From positions 3,671 through 67,670 of the IMG/VR virus record IMGVR_UViG_3300025389_000022: 64,000 nucleotides of DNA; one strand, written 5' to 3'. Of this stretch, positions 47,266-55,730 are shown one piece after another. The translations under genes and the position numbers were made by a program. The stretch comes from a virus. Taxonomy: Duplodnaviria; Caudoviricetes. Below the pieces are notes generated by a model that saw nothing but the letters and a program-made list of their open reading frames with translations, was not told the origin of the DNA and did not search any database. Within the stretch, counting starts at the first letter, position 1. Each line of letters begins with the position of its first letter.

Positions 47266-47397
47266 TCACTGTTCAATTTATACTCTATATAGAGCATTAA
47301 TGAAGTCTCAGAATAGGGGTCTCTGTACCGAGCACAGTTTAATTGACTCCGCGCGCCTTTGGTGGTATAATGGCTACGAGACTAACGAGAGGTTATT

Positions 47398-47598
47398 TTG
47401 ATGTCTTACATGTCTGATAAAGATCTTGCCATTAGAGAAGATATGGAAGACGTGGATCCGTATTCTTATTTCGAAGAAGGTGAACACGGTTTCATTTCGA
47501 GCTCTGTTAATCCATACGAGGTCGGTTCTTTCGCCTACTCAGAGTGGGACAGGGGTTATATGAGCATGGCGAAGAGGGAGTCTCGAGATGAGCGCTGA
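47398..47598 (+). CDS. Hypothetical acidic protein
   Basis: Follows a TTGACT-N-TATAAT promoter near 47343. F.EG...NPY...EW.RGY pattern. Confidence 0.55.
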   Translation: MMSYMSDKDLAIREDMEDVDPYSYFEEGEHGFISSSVNPYEVGSFAYSEWDRGYMSMAKRESRDER

Positions 47599-47779
47599 GC
47601 GTCCGAAGAGGCCTATATTGGACTCTACCACGTACTACAACTACGTCCCCGCCGAGCTGATCGACTGCATGAAGAGGTCGATCGCTGAGCTGAATGAAAA
47701 GGTCGAGAGGCTAGAGGCGCGCCTGTCGTACATCGAGCTGTTAGAAGACGAGGAGTCTACGCTACATGAAGAACATTGA
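47588..47779 (+). CDS. Hypothetical coiled-coil protein
   Basis: Coupled ORF. Confidence 0.5.
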   Translation: MSAERPKRPILDSTTYYNYVPAELIDCMKRSIAELNEKVERLEARLSYIELLEDEESTLHEEH

Positions 47780-48035
47780 CATCCAGAGGCGTCTCACTGT
47801 TAAGGTCGAGTTTACCCCCGAACAGTGGGACCTCTATATACAGCCGGAGAACGACGCGGACTACGCCGCCGTCAAGCTGAATATTGAGCTAGAGAGGCTC
47901 GTTAACTCCGGAATGAGCCGTTCAGAGGTGGAGCGCTCCATGCACGAGCTCATGAGGTCTCTGGCCCACCACGGCGCGTACGACTCGGAGCCTATATACT
48001 TTCTAGGGTGCGTCCTAGACGAGGTGTACGCATGA
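47766..48035 (+). CDS. Hypothetical protein
   Basis: GAGGAG RBS. Confidence 0.55.
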   Translation: MKNIDIQRRLTVKVEFTPEQWDLYIQPENDADYAAVKLNIELERLVNSGMSRSEVERSMHELMRSLAHHGAYDSEPIYFLGCVLDEVYA

Positions 48036-48164
48036 CGGTCACTGCACAGGTACCACTCGGGTGAACCGCGGGTGACTCCGTTTCAGGTCACCCACACACC
48101 TAGGAGACATTCAGTGATACTCAGCAGTGGGTCAGAGAGATAAAAAAATAGCCCTGCTTAAAGA

Positions 48165-48172
48165 TATAAATA
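48165..48172 (+). promoter_or_regulatory. Late promoter TATAAATA
   Basis: Exact match 30 nt upstream of the ORF at 48203. Confidence 0.75.
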
Positions 48173-48202
48173 AGAGTACGTATGATTTTAGATAGGTGAT
48201 AT

Positions 48203-48406
48203 ATGTCGAATTTAAGCGAGGGACTCCTACACCGTAAAGAAGTTGCTAAGGAGCGCATGCTGATATGTATGGAGTGTGATAGGTACAACCACACGACTAC
48301 CCAGTGCGGCGAGTGCCAGTGCGTCATGCTGGTTAAGACTATATTCCCGAGCTCATCTTGCCCGCTCGGTAAGTGGGGCGCAGACCTCACGCCTAAGAAA
48401 GATTAA
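48203..48406 (+). CDS. Small Cys-rich Zn-binding protein
   Basis: ERM.IC..C......QC..C.C.M..KT......CP.GKW motif. Confidence 0.75.
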   Translation: MSNLSEGLLHRKEVAKERMLICMECDRYNHTTTQCGECQCVMLVKTIFPSSSCPLGKWGADLTPKKD

Positions 48407-48416
48407 AGGATACTGA

Positions 48417-49100
48417 ATGACATTACCTGCTTCCGGATCAATAACATTTTCTCAGATATCACAGATTGTATATAATAGTTCTTCTGCTACCACTTCACTT
48501 GGTACTTCAGACGTACGCTATCTCCTTGGTGTTGCTTCCGGACAGATATCTATTAGCTCGGGCTACAGCAAGCCTACGACGTACTCTTACAGCTACACCT
48601 CTCCAGGTACTTACACTCTCGTTACCCCTCCGTATCAGTACATGGACGTGTACACATATGGTGGTGGACAGGGAGGACAGGGTGGTTCCGGCGGCGGAAC
48701 ATGTACTCAGTGGTGTGGGGTTTACTGCTTCGTGTCGTACTGCTGCAATGTGTCTGGTCCAGGTGTTGGCGGTGATGGATCCGGATCTTCATTTTCTGGT
48801 GCTGGTATAACATCTGTAGTAGCGAACGCTGGTACATCTGGTGGAGCCGGTGGTGGTTCTGGTGGTTCTGTTACTACTGGTGGTGGTGGCGCCGGTGGTG
48901 GAGGTGGTGGAGCAACCGGTTGTGCTGGAGGTACAGGAGCGACAGGAAACGCAGGTGGTAGGACTATTAATACATATACACATGGTGGTGGCGGACCTGC
49001 TTACGCACTCTCCTGTACTATCGTTGTTGGTTCTGGTGGTTCAGCAACCGGCAACGCCGGCGCCGGCGGTAATGGTACCGTGAACGTAAACACGCGTTAA
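48417..49100 (+). CDS. Glycine-rich fibre-adhesin-like protein
   Basis: MTLPASG.I.FS.I N-terminus, GGGxGG repeats, and a Cys cluster CTQWCGVYCFVSYCC. Confidence 0.7.
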   Translation: MTLPASGSITFSQISQIVYNSSSATTSLGTSDVRYLLGVASGQISISSGYSKPTTYSYSYTSPGTYTLVTPPYQYMDVYTYGGGQGGQGGSGGGTCTQWCGVYCFVSYCCNVSGPGVGGDGSGSSFSGAGITSVVANAGTSGGAGGGSGGSVTTGGGGAGGGGGGATGCAGGTGATGNAGGRTINTYTHGGGGPAYALSCTIVVGSGGSATGNAGAGGNGTVNVNTR

Positions 49101-49112
49101 TCGAGGTATAGT

Positions 49113-49709
49113 ATGAAAACAAAAGAACAAAATTATTATATTCAACTTGGTGAGAACGGCGGTCCTATAACTTATCCTATTCTTGAAGAGAACCTAAAGC
49201 ACGTCATTCCTAACTTCGATCCAAAGAACCCTCCGCAGAACCTAGTCAAGTTCGTCAAGACCCCGCCGCCTGAGCTAAAGGGTGAAGAGAGATACGACTA
49301 CCTAGACTACGAGCACTGTCCTAAGCTGTCAAAGAAGCACGGGCAGCCTACGTGGAAAGAGGTCCACAACGTCAAGCTGATAACGCCCGAGGAGCGCGAT
49401 GAGATAATCAAGAAGTTTAAGGAGCTCAATCCTGAGCTCGACGACTGGGTATACGACGCAGATACGGCGTCTCTAGTTCCTCCTATTCCAAAGCCGGTAG
49501 ACGACAAGACGTACTACTGGGACGTTTATCATAAGACGTGGCTCGAGTCTACCCCTGAGCTGCACCTAGACGACATGATGGAGGTAGCTAAGGAGCTCGG
49601 ACACGACCTGACTAAATTAGGTGCGAATACGAGTCTGAGCCACGACGACGTGAGAAAGATAGTAGACGAGGTAACTAAGGGACAGCAGAAGAGACCTCCA
49701 AAGAATTAG
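49113..49709 (+). CDS. Hypothetical protein (possible fibre assembly helper)
   Basis: W..D.....VPP.PKP.D...Y.WD....W motif. Confidence 0.55.
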   Translation: MKTKEQNYYIQLGENGGPITYPILEENLKHVIPNFDPKNPPQNLVKFVKTPPPELKGEERYDYLDYEHCPKLSKKHGQPTWKEVHNVKLITPEERDEIIKKFKELNPELDDWVYDADTASLVPPIPKPVDDKTYYWDVYHKTWLESTPELHLDDMMEVAKELGHDLTKLGANTSLSHDDVRKIVDEVTKGQQKRPPKN

Positions 49710-49720
49710 GAATTGTAGAT

Positions 49721-50329
49721 ATGAGTGAAAAGCCCCCGTTTAAATTATTGGGCAACGTCGATCCTAGAGGTCTAATTGAAAAAGTAAATTCTATATTCGA
49801 CAGGGGTTGGGAGCAATACTGCTTCGATCCTGGCCCTCCATGGAACAGGCTCAATAAGACTGCGGCGATTCATCAGATACTATTGTTTTCTCTTCCGGAC
49901 AGAAAGAATATCGTCTTAAAGGAGTTCATATATAATTCTGAGTTTCTTAATACTTTTAGAGAAGACATAGAGGAAGTCGATAGGATATACGGGAGTCACT
50001 ATCCTAACCAGAACGCTAAGAGGATAACGCTGAACATCCTCAGGCCTTACTCTATAATTCCTGAGCACGTGGACTTCATGGCCCACTACGAGAAGACTAC
50101 TAGAATACACGTTCCCATCATCACCAATGAGTCTGTAGTGTTTACGTTTCCCACTGTAGATCAGACTCTTAATATGAAAGTCGGTGAGGTGGTGGAGTTC
50201 AACAACAACATACCTCACTCCGGAGTGAATGACGAGAACGAGTACAGGGTTCACATGACTCTAGACTACGGCGACGAAAAAGATCCATACTATGGTGAAA
50301 AAGATAGTTACTGGAAGAACTATTTGTGA
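49721..50329 (+). CDS. 2OG-Fe(II) oxygenase, aspartyl/asparaginyl beta-hydroxylase-like
   Basis: HxD (EHVD), RIHVPIITN, M..GEV.EFNN..PH...N...RVH..LD motifs. Confidence 0.85.
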   Translation: MSEKPPFKLLGNVDPRGLIEKVNSIFDRGWEQYCFDPGPPWNRLNKTAAIHQILLFSLPDRKNIVLKEFIYNSEFLNTFREDIEEVDRIYGSHYPNQNAKRITLNILRPYSIIPEHVDFMAHYEKTTRIHVPIITNESVVFTFPTVDQTLNMKVGEVVEFNNNIPHSGVNDENEYRVHMTLDYGDEKDPYYGEKDSYWKNYL

Positions 50330-50358
50330 TATAATAGATCATATCATGGAGTTAAGAG

Positions 50359-50649
50359 ATGCCTAAGATAGTACTAGTAGAGACTGTTTCCACATTTCGA
50401 CACATGTACGCCGTTGAGGTGCCAGACGACGGTGAGATCGAGTGGGCTATTGATACTGTGGTCGACCATGCTACTGGCGCAGAGACAGGGCTATCCGAGT
50501 TTGCCCAGAACCATATCGCCGAGGATACCTTCTCTTATCGTGAAGTATCCGAACAGGAGTATCTAGAAATCTTTGATAAAGAGAACGACTACCTAATAGA
50601 ACTTTCTGACGAACGAAAGAAGTTGTATATCTATAGGGGTGAAGAATGA
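50359..50649 (+). CDS. Hypothetical acidic protein
   Basis: VLVETVS.FRH.Y.VE pattern. GGAG RBS. Confidence 0.6.
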   Translation: MPKIVLVETVSTFRHMYAVEVPDDGEIEWAIDTVVDHATGAETGLSEFAQNHIAEDTFSYREVSEQEYLEIFDKENDYLIELSDERKKLYIYRGEE

Positions 50650-51242
50650 AAGTCTACATTGGACCATACAAGAAGTGGTGGGGACCGTACCAGATCGCGG
50701 ATCTGGTTCCATTCACGTCTGAGGAGCAAAAAGATAAGATCGGTGATTTTCTCTTTAATACCTGGCTGACTAAGGTCTGTGATTGGTTTAACGACATCGC
50801 CGGCGAGCGCGACATCAGAGTACGCATCGACAAGTACGATACTTGGAACATGGACAATACGCTCGCGCTCATTGCTCTTCCTATGCTCAAGCGGCTGCTC
50901 GAGACTAAGAACGGGTCTCCGCCGGTAGACGATGAAGATCTCCCTCCACACATGCGATACGGCAATCCGGATGGAGATGATAACTGGATCCACTATAGGT
51001 GGGAATGGATCATTAAAGAGATGATCTTCTCGTTTGAGAATCTAGTAGACGACTCGTGGCAGAACAAGTACTACCATGGCGAGCCCATCTACGTGTTTAA
51101 GCCCATCGACGATACATTTAAAGAGGTGGTACAGACGAACCCGGAGTATCATTTTGACGCAGTAGGTTATAAAGCGTACAACGAAAGAATATCGAACGGC
51201 TTTAGACTGTTTGGTAAGTACTACCGCAGCCTGTGGGACTGA
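50646..51242 (+). CDS. Conserved hypothetical phage protein
   Basis: V.ID.YDTW.MD.TLA.I..PML..L...K.G.P...W.WI..EMI..F...G..LFGKYY..LWD pattern. Confidence 0.75.
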   Translation: MKVYIGPYKKWWGPYQIADLVPFTSEEQKDKIGDFLFNTWLTKVCDWFNDIAGERDIRVRIDKYDTWNMDNTLALIALPMLKRLLETKNGSPPVDDEDLPPHMRYGNPDGDDNWIHYRWEWIIKEMIFSFENLVDDSWQNKYYHGEPIYVFKPIDDTFKEVVQTNPEYHFDAVGYKAYNERISNGFRLFGKYYRSLWD

Positions 51243-51432
51243 TATCATGAGCGATTGGAAAGACGCGGCCGCAGAGGCCATATGCAAGAAGTGCCACTCG
51301 TGGTGGGACAACAACGACGACCGCAACGGTCTTAAGACTATATGGCGGAAAGAGATAAGAGAGATCATCGAGAGTCACATTAAAGACGAATCAACGAGTT
51401 CTACTAGTAAGACTAGAGAGGATGTAGGATGA
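51211..51432 (+). CDS. Hypothetical protein (likely start 51247)
   Basis: Operonic context. Confidence 0.45.
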   Translation: MVSTTAACGTDIMSDWKDAAAEAICKKCHSWWDNNDDRNGLKTIWRKEIREIIESHIKDESTSSTSKTREDVG

Positions 51433-51629
51433 CAGAGCACGAGATCGAAAAAGAATTCTCAGCCAAGCTGAAGTGGATCGACGAGGCGTACCAGACTAAA
51501 CAGATCGGCATCTATGAGTACGAGGCTGAGATCGACGCTCTAGAAGACTGGCTTGAAAATAAATACGCTAGAGCAGGACTCAAGTCTATTAAAGAACGCA
51601 TGCACACAGAGGGTCCAAGTTATGACTGA
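51429..51629 (+). CDS. Hypothetical protein
   Basis: Coupled ORF. Confidence 0.5.
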   Translation: MTEHEIEKEFSAKLKWIDEAYQTKQIGIYEYEAEIDALEDWLENKYARAGLKSIKERMHTEGPSYD

Positions 51630-51798
51630 AGAACAGTTCAAGTACGTCACAGACGCCCTATACAATCGCTATCACGAGCTGCAGCACGAGACCGACGAGC
51701 TTCCTGAGACGGAGTTTGAGGCGGGTTTTCATATGGCGTCTAAAGGTCACCTTAAGTGGCTAGAAGAGCTGTTGGCAGAGATCGAAGTTATTGGATAG
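51622..51798 (+). CDS. Hypothetical protein
   Basis: Start taken at ATG 51622, coupled to the upstream gene. Confidence 0.5.
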   Translation: MTEEQFKYVTDALYNRYHELQHETDELPETEFEAGFHMASKGHLKWLEELLAEIEVIG

Positions 51799-52084
51799 CG
51801 TCATGGTGACGATAGGCAAGTACACACTCCCATTCTTTGGTGAAATAAAGCTGGACATACCATACGGCGCTCAGTTCTTATCAGTCAACATGCACGAGAG
51901 AAAAATCGTGATGTACGCTATAGTAGACCAAGACTCCACAGTGGAGTGCCGTAAGTTTAGAATATACAGTACAGGGGGAAATATCGAGCGTTCGGATCTG
52001 CACTCTTTGAGATTTATTGGCACCGTGCAGGATGAGCACTGGTCTGAGGAGTGGCACGTGTTCGAGCGCGTAGATCGCCGCTAA
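51791..52084 (+). CDS. Conserved small phage protein
   Basis: I.KY.L......P.GA..LSV......MYA.VD......TG......FIGTV...WHVFE pattern. Confidence 0.65.
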   Translation: MDSVMVTIGKYTLPFFGEIKLDIPYGAQFLSVNMHERKIVMYAIVDQDSTVECRKFRIYSTGGNIERSDLHSLRFIGTVQDEHWSEEWHVFERVDRR

Positions 52085-52119
52085 AGAAAAATTCTTCCCT
52101 TTAAAGAGAAAGATATATC

Positions 52120-52311
52120 GTGTCTGATAAGAAAAAGAAAAAAACTCTGCAGTCTAAAGTATATGAGTTCATACCTGTGAAAGATATTAATATAGAAGAA
52201 ATAGAAGAGCTAGCTACGCTAGTAAGAATAGGAGTCGGCGGTCATATTATAGATATGGCGTCTGATGGATTAAAGAGACATTTTACAGAAATTAAGGACA
52301 GTAAGAAATGA
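52120..52311 (+). CDS. Hypothetical protein
   Basis: Y.F.P..DI...E...L...G.....RHF pattern. Confidence 0.5.
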   Translation: MSDKKKKKTLQSKVYEFIPVKDINIEEIEELATLVRIGVGGHIIDMASDGLKRHFTEIKDSKK

Positions 52312-52814
52312 CAGATAGTCCAAAAAAGATATCTGATCTAACATGGATGAAGATCGCAGGTAGTTATATAGGACTGCATGAAGGAACAGACCTTAAAGCG
52401 AATCCTACAGTCATTAAGTTCTTTAAAGAGAGTGGTCATCCTGAAGTCAAGAATGATCATCAGACACCGTGGTGCGCAGCTTTTGTTGGTGCTGTTCTCA
52501 AAGAGGCAGGACTACCAAATACAGGATCATTGCTTGCGTTGAGTTACGCAAAATATGGTCAAAAATTAAGTAAACCAATTGTTGGCGCTATTGCCACCAA
52601 GAAAAGAAAAGGAGGGGGCCATGTATTCTTCATTGCTTCTTTTGACGATAAGTATGTCTATGGGCTGGGTGGTAATCAAAACGATCAGGTCTCGATTGCA
52701 AGATTTGACAGAAAAGTCATTAATTCGTATTCCTGGCCGGAAGGGATCAAGATACCAGAGAAACAAGACAATATATTAGTATCTAATGTAGCAACCAACG
52801 TTAAGGAGTCATAG
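52308..52814 (+). CDS. TIGR02594-family NlpC/P60-like peptidoglycan hydrolase (candidate endolysin)
   Basis: WM.IA....G..E, D.TPWCAAFV..VL and GGGHV.F......LGGNQ.D.V motifs. Confidence 0.85.
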   Translation: MTDSPKKISDLTWMKIAGSYIGLHEGTDLKANPTVIKFFKESGHPEVKNDHQTPWCAAFVGAVLKEAGLPNTGSLLALSYAKYGQKLSKPIVGAIATKKRKGGGHVFFIASFDDKYVYGLGGNQNDQVSIARFDRKVINSYSWPEGIKIPEKQDNILVSNVATNVKES

Positions 52815-53159
52815 TATGTTTGAGATTAGCGAAGAAACTAGAGTAGCTGCTATTGAAGCGATTAAAGAAGTACTTAAGAAAGATGGAGTTTGTGACAAGC
52901 ATCTCACTGACGAGGTGTTAGGCGAGGCTATGGACGCTGCAGTCGCTGTCGTAAAACGTCAGTTTGGTTTTTAATAATGAAAGAACTCGTACTAGCGACA
53001 ATTTTTATGTGCTTGGGTAGTACTTGCGAAGAGCATCAGGTAAAAATTGAAGAGCGCGCCTGTTCGTTTGGCACAGTACACGCTAAAGTAGCTTTTGCTG
53101 GTGAATGGACAGACGGTAGAGTCGGCATTAAGTGTCATAAGTAATAAAACTGTAAAATA

Positions 53160-53948
53160 ATGCGCAAAAATAAATACTTCGTATCATCAACACGGAGAAA
53201 TGTTTTGAAATCTAAAGATAAGAAAAAGTATCGTTCGATTTTTATATCGGACGTGCATCTTGGATTTAAACATTGTAATGCTGAAAAACTACTTCATTTC
53301 CTAAAAACTACAGAAGCTGATACCTATTATCTAATAGGAGACATTATTGACGGCTGGGCAATGAAAAGTAAATTCTATTGGCCGCAGTCACACAACAATG
53401 TAGTGCAGCATTTTTTAAAGTTATCAAAGAAAGATCATAAAGTCATTTACGTAACAGGAAACCACGATGAATTCCTTAGAAATTATTCTGGAACTGTTCT
53501 GGGAAATATTCAAGTGGTTGATGAAGCCATTCATGAAGGACCCTTGGGACAGCGATTCTTAGTTATTCATGGCGATCAATTTGACATGGTAACCATGAAT
53601 GCTAAATGGTTAGTTCATATTGGTTCATGGGCTTATGATGTTATGATATCTTTAAACTCAAAGTTACATTGGTTATTTACTAAACTGAATATGCCTGGAT
53701 TTTCTTTATCTGCTTGGGCAAAACACAATGTTAAAGAAGCAGTAAACTTTATAGGAGATTATGAGAATGTCGTTGCTGAATACGCTTCTAAGCGAGACGT
53801 TGCTGGCGTTGTCTGCGGTCATATTCATTCTTGCAATATTAGAGATATGAATGGTATTAAGTATATGAACACGGGTGATTGGGTAGAGTCTTGTACTGCA
53901 ATCGTAGAAGATTTTGAAGGTAATTTCTCAATAGCGAGAATTTTATGA
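53160..53948 (+). CDS. plcP: Calcineurin-like metallophosphoesterase, PlcP (phospholipase C)/LpxH-like
   Basis: FISDVHLG, YLIGDIIDGW, GNHDE, HGDQFD, CGHIH and MNTGDWVESCTA motifs. Followed by a GT4 gene. Confidence 0.75.
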   Translation: MRKNKYFVSSTRRNVLKSKDKKKYRSIFISDVHLGFKHCNAEKLLHFLKTTEADTYYLIGDIIDGWAMKSKFYWPQSHNNVVQHFLKLSKKDHKVIYVTGNHDEFLRNYSGTVLGNIQVVDEAIHEGPLGQRFLVIHGDQFDMVTMNAKWLVHIGSWAYDVMISLNSKLHWLFTKLNMPGFSLSAWAKHNVKEAVNFIGDYENVVAEYASKRDVAGVVCGHIHSCNIRDMNGIKYMNTGDWVESCTAIVEDFEGNFSIARIL

Positions 53949-54940
53949 ATATAACTATATTTACTGATGCTTGGGATCCACAGATCAACGGTGTAGTGAC
54001 TACATTAAAGACTACCGTAGATCATCTAAAAAGACGAGGATACGACGTTCACGTCGTGCATCCCGGTCTATATAAGTTAACAGTTCCACTACAACCATCC
54101 ACTGGAATCTTTATGCCGGTTTTGCCTATGGGTATTGCTGATGAAGAGGTGAAGAATGCCGACTACATTCACATCGCAACAGAAGGAGCTATAGGTCTTG
54201 CCGCTAGGTATTCTTGCAAGAAGTACAAAAAGAAGTTTACGACATCCTTTCATACAAAGTATCCGGAATACGTCAAGATTCATACTGGTATATCACCAAG
54301 AGTTAGCGGTAAGTATTTTCGTTGGTTCCATAGAAACAGCCATTGTGTTATGGTTACAACCCCCTCTATGGTTGACTACTGTGCTGAATTGGGTATTAAA
54401 AAATTAAAGATCTGGTCAAGAGGTGTTGACACGTCTCTATATAGACCAGAGTATGAAGAAAAGAAGATAAATCCTAACTCTATAAATGCTGTGTACTGTG
54501 GTAGAATATCAGCAGAGAAGAATTTAGAAGCGTTTCTTTCAATAGAAGATTCTCGTATTCGTAAGACTCTTATTGGTGATGGTCCGCAGCTTGACGAGTA
54601 CAAGATAAAGTATCCAAAAGCAAAGTTCTTAGGTAAGATGAATAAGTATCAGATAGCGAATGAGCTCCGTAAGCACGACGTGTTTGCATGGCCGTCGTTG
54701 ACTGATACTTTTGGCCTAGTAGTCTTAGAAGGAATGGCGAGTGGACTACCTGTCGCTGCATTTGATAACGAAGTCAATCGCTACATTATTGAAGACGATA
54801 AGTCAGGTATTCTAATGAAAGATAATTTAAAAGAAGCGATATTGATGGCTACTCAACTAGAAAAGAAAGATGCTGTTGATAGAGCAAAGAAGTTCTCTTG
54901 GGAAGCAGCCACAGAACAATTTATTGAGAATCTAATATGA
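53945..54940 (+). CDS. GT4 glycosyltransferase, Agt-like glycolipid synthase
   Basis: TDAW.PQ.NGVV.T, HIATEG.IG.AAR, FTT.FHT.YPEY, W.RGVD, GR.S.EKN and PS.TDTFGLV.LE.MASG.PV motifs. Confidence 0.85.
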   Translation: MNITIFTDAWDPQINGVVTTLKTTVDHLKRRGYDVHVVHPGLYKLTVPLQPSTGIFMPVLPMGIADEEVKNADYIHIATEGAIGLAARYSCKKYKKKFTTSFHTKYPEYVKIHTGISPRVSGKYFRWFHRNSHCVMVTTPSMVDYCAELGIKKLKIWSRGVDTSLYRPEYEEKKINPNSINAVYCGRISAEKNLEAFLSIEDSRIRKTLIGDGPQLDEYKIKYPKAKFLGKMNKYQIANELRKHDVFAWPSLTDTFGLVVLEGMASGLPVAAFDNEVNRYIIEDDKSGILMKDNLKEAILMATQLEKKDAVDRAKKFSWEAATEQFIENLI

Positions 54941-55161
54941 AAGATTTAGAAAAATACTATATGATTGTTCCTCAAGAATATCTTGAAGATGGTGCTAAAC
55001 TAATGAGAGAAGAAGGTGAAGAAGAGAATGCTTTTCAGAAGATGATCGATGTTTCTAGAGAATATAAAGAAGCAGATCTTACTCCAGTTGTTGTTTATGA
55101 TTTTAAATCTAAAAGCATGATATGCATAGTTAAAGAGCTATATGGCAAGAAATTGCACTAA
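54937..55161 (+). CDS. Hypothetical protein
   Basis: ATGA-coupled ORF. Confidence 0.55.
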   Translation: MKDLEKYYMIVPQEYLEDGAKLMREEGEEENAFQKMIDVSREYKEADLTPVVVYDFKSKSMICIVKELYGKKLH

Positions 55162-55170
55162 ATAATATAT

Positions 55171-55220
55171 GTGGCGCCGAAAGGGTCACGGATTTAAATC
55201 TCGCTTAATAGGAGAAACAT
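55171..55220 (+). promoter_or_regulatory. ROSE-like RNA thermometer in the hsp20 5' UTR
   Basis: GNRA hairpin at 55171-55189, then TCTCGCT-TAAT-AGGAGA (55199-55215), which pairs the SD with a bulged G. Confidence 0.7.
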
Positions 55221-55673
55221 ATGACACATAATGCACTTTTACCTTGGGACACTGCACACTTTGATAAATTTTTTGTTGGTGCAGATAAAGTCCTTAAAAA
55301 TCTTCACTCAGCTCACGAAACATACGCTAAGAGTGTTCCCGGATATCCTCCATACAATATCGTTAAAAATGATGAAAATAACTACACTATTGAATTGGCT
55401 GTGGCTGGATTCGGTAAACATAATCTAGATATTGAATTAGCGAATAACACTCTCGTCGTAAAGGGTGGATTTACTGTCGATGAGATAGACCCTGTTGAAA
55501 ATCCTGTGGAATATATTTGGAAGGGTATCGCAGATCGTGTATTCACTCGTAAGTTTACTTTAGCTGACACAGTTGAGGTGAAAAATGCAGAATACATCAA
55601 TGGTATGCTCAAGATCTTTCTTGAAAATGTGGTTCCGGACTCTAAGAAACCTAAGAAAGTCGATATTAAGTAA
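55221..55673 (+). CDS. hsp20: Small heat-shock protein Hsp20 (IbpA-like)
   Basis: YPPYNI......Y.IE.AVAGF, Y..KGIA.R.F.R.FTLA and A...NG.L.I.LE..VP..KKP.K..I motifs. Confidence 0.95.
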   Translation: MTHNALLPWDTAHFDKFFVGADKVLKNLHSAHETYAKSVPGYPPYNIVKNDENNYTIELAVAGFGKHNLDIELANNTLVVKGGFTVDEIDPVENPVEYIWKGIADRVFTRKFTLADTVEVKNAEYINGMLKIFLENVVPDSKKPKKVDIK

Positions 55674-55689
55674 ATCGACCATAAATATG

Positions 55690-55714
55690 GGGAGGGGTCC
55701 ACCCTCCCTTTTTT
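55690..55714 (+). terminator. Intrinsic terminator after hsp20
   Basis: GGGAGGG-GTCCA-CCCTCCC-TTTTTT. Confidence 0.8.
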
Positions 55715-55730
55715 ATTTTAGGAGATTGTT

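Noticed and set aside
48417-49100. RiPP precursor within the Gly/Cys-rich gene
   Set aside because: There is no leader/core architecture, transporter or dedicated peptidase nearby. The N-terminus matches fibre-associated Gly-rich proteins.
37000-52000. Apparent abundance of CTAG/TCGA/AGCT/GTAC palindromes, suggesting modified DNA
   Set aside because: This is only a visual impression. It needs a tetranucleotide odds-ratio calculation, and no DNA-modification genes are in this window.
53160-53948. LpxH (lipid A biosynthesis) annotation
   Set aside because: It has GNHD rather than GNRD and is coupled to an Agt-like GT4, which fits PlcP better. This is not proven without phylogeny.
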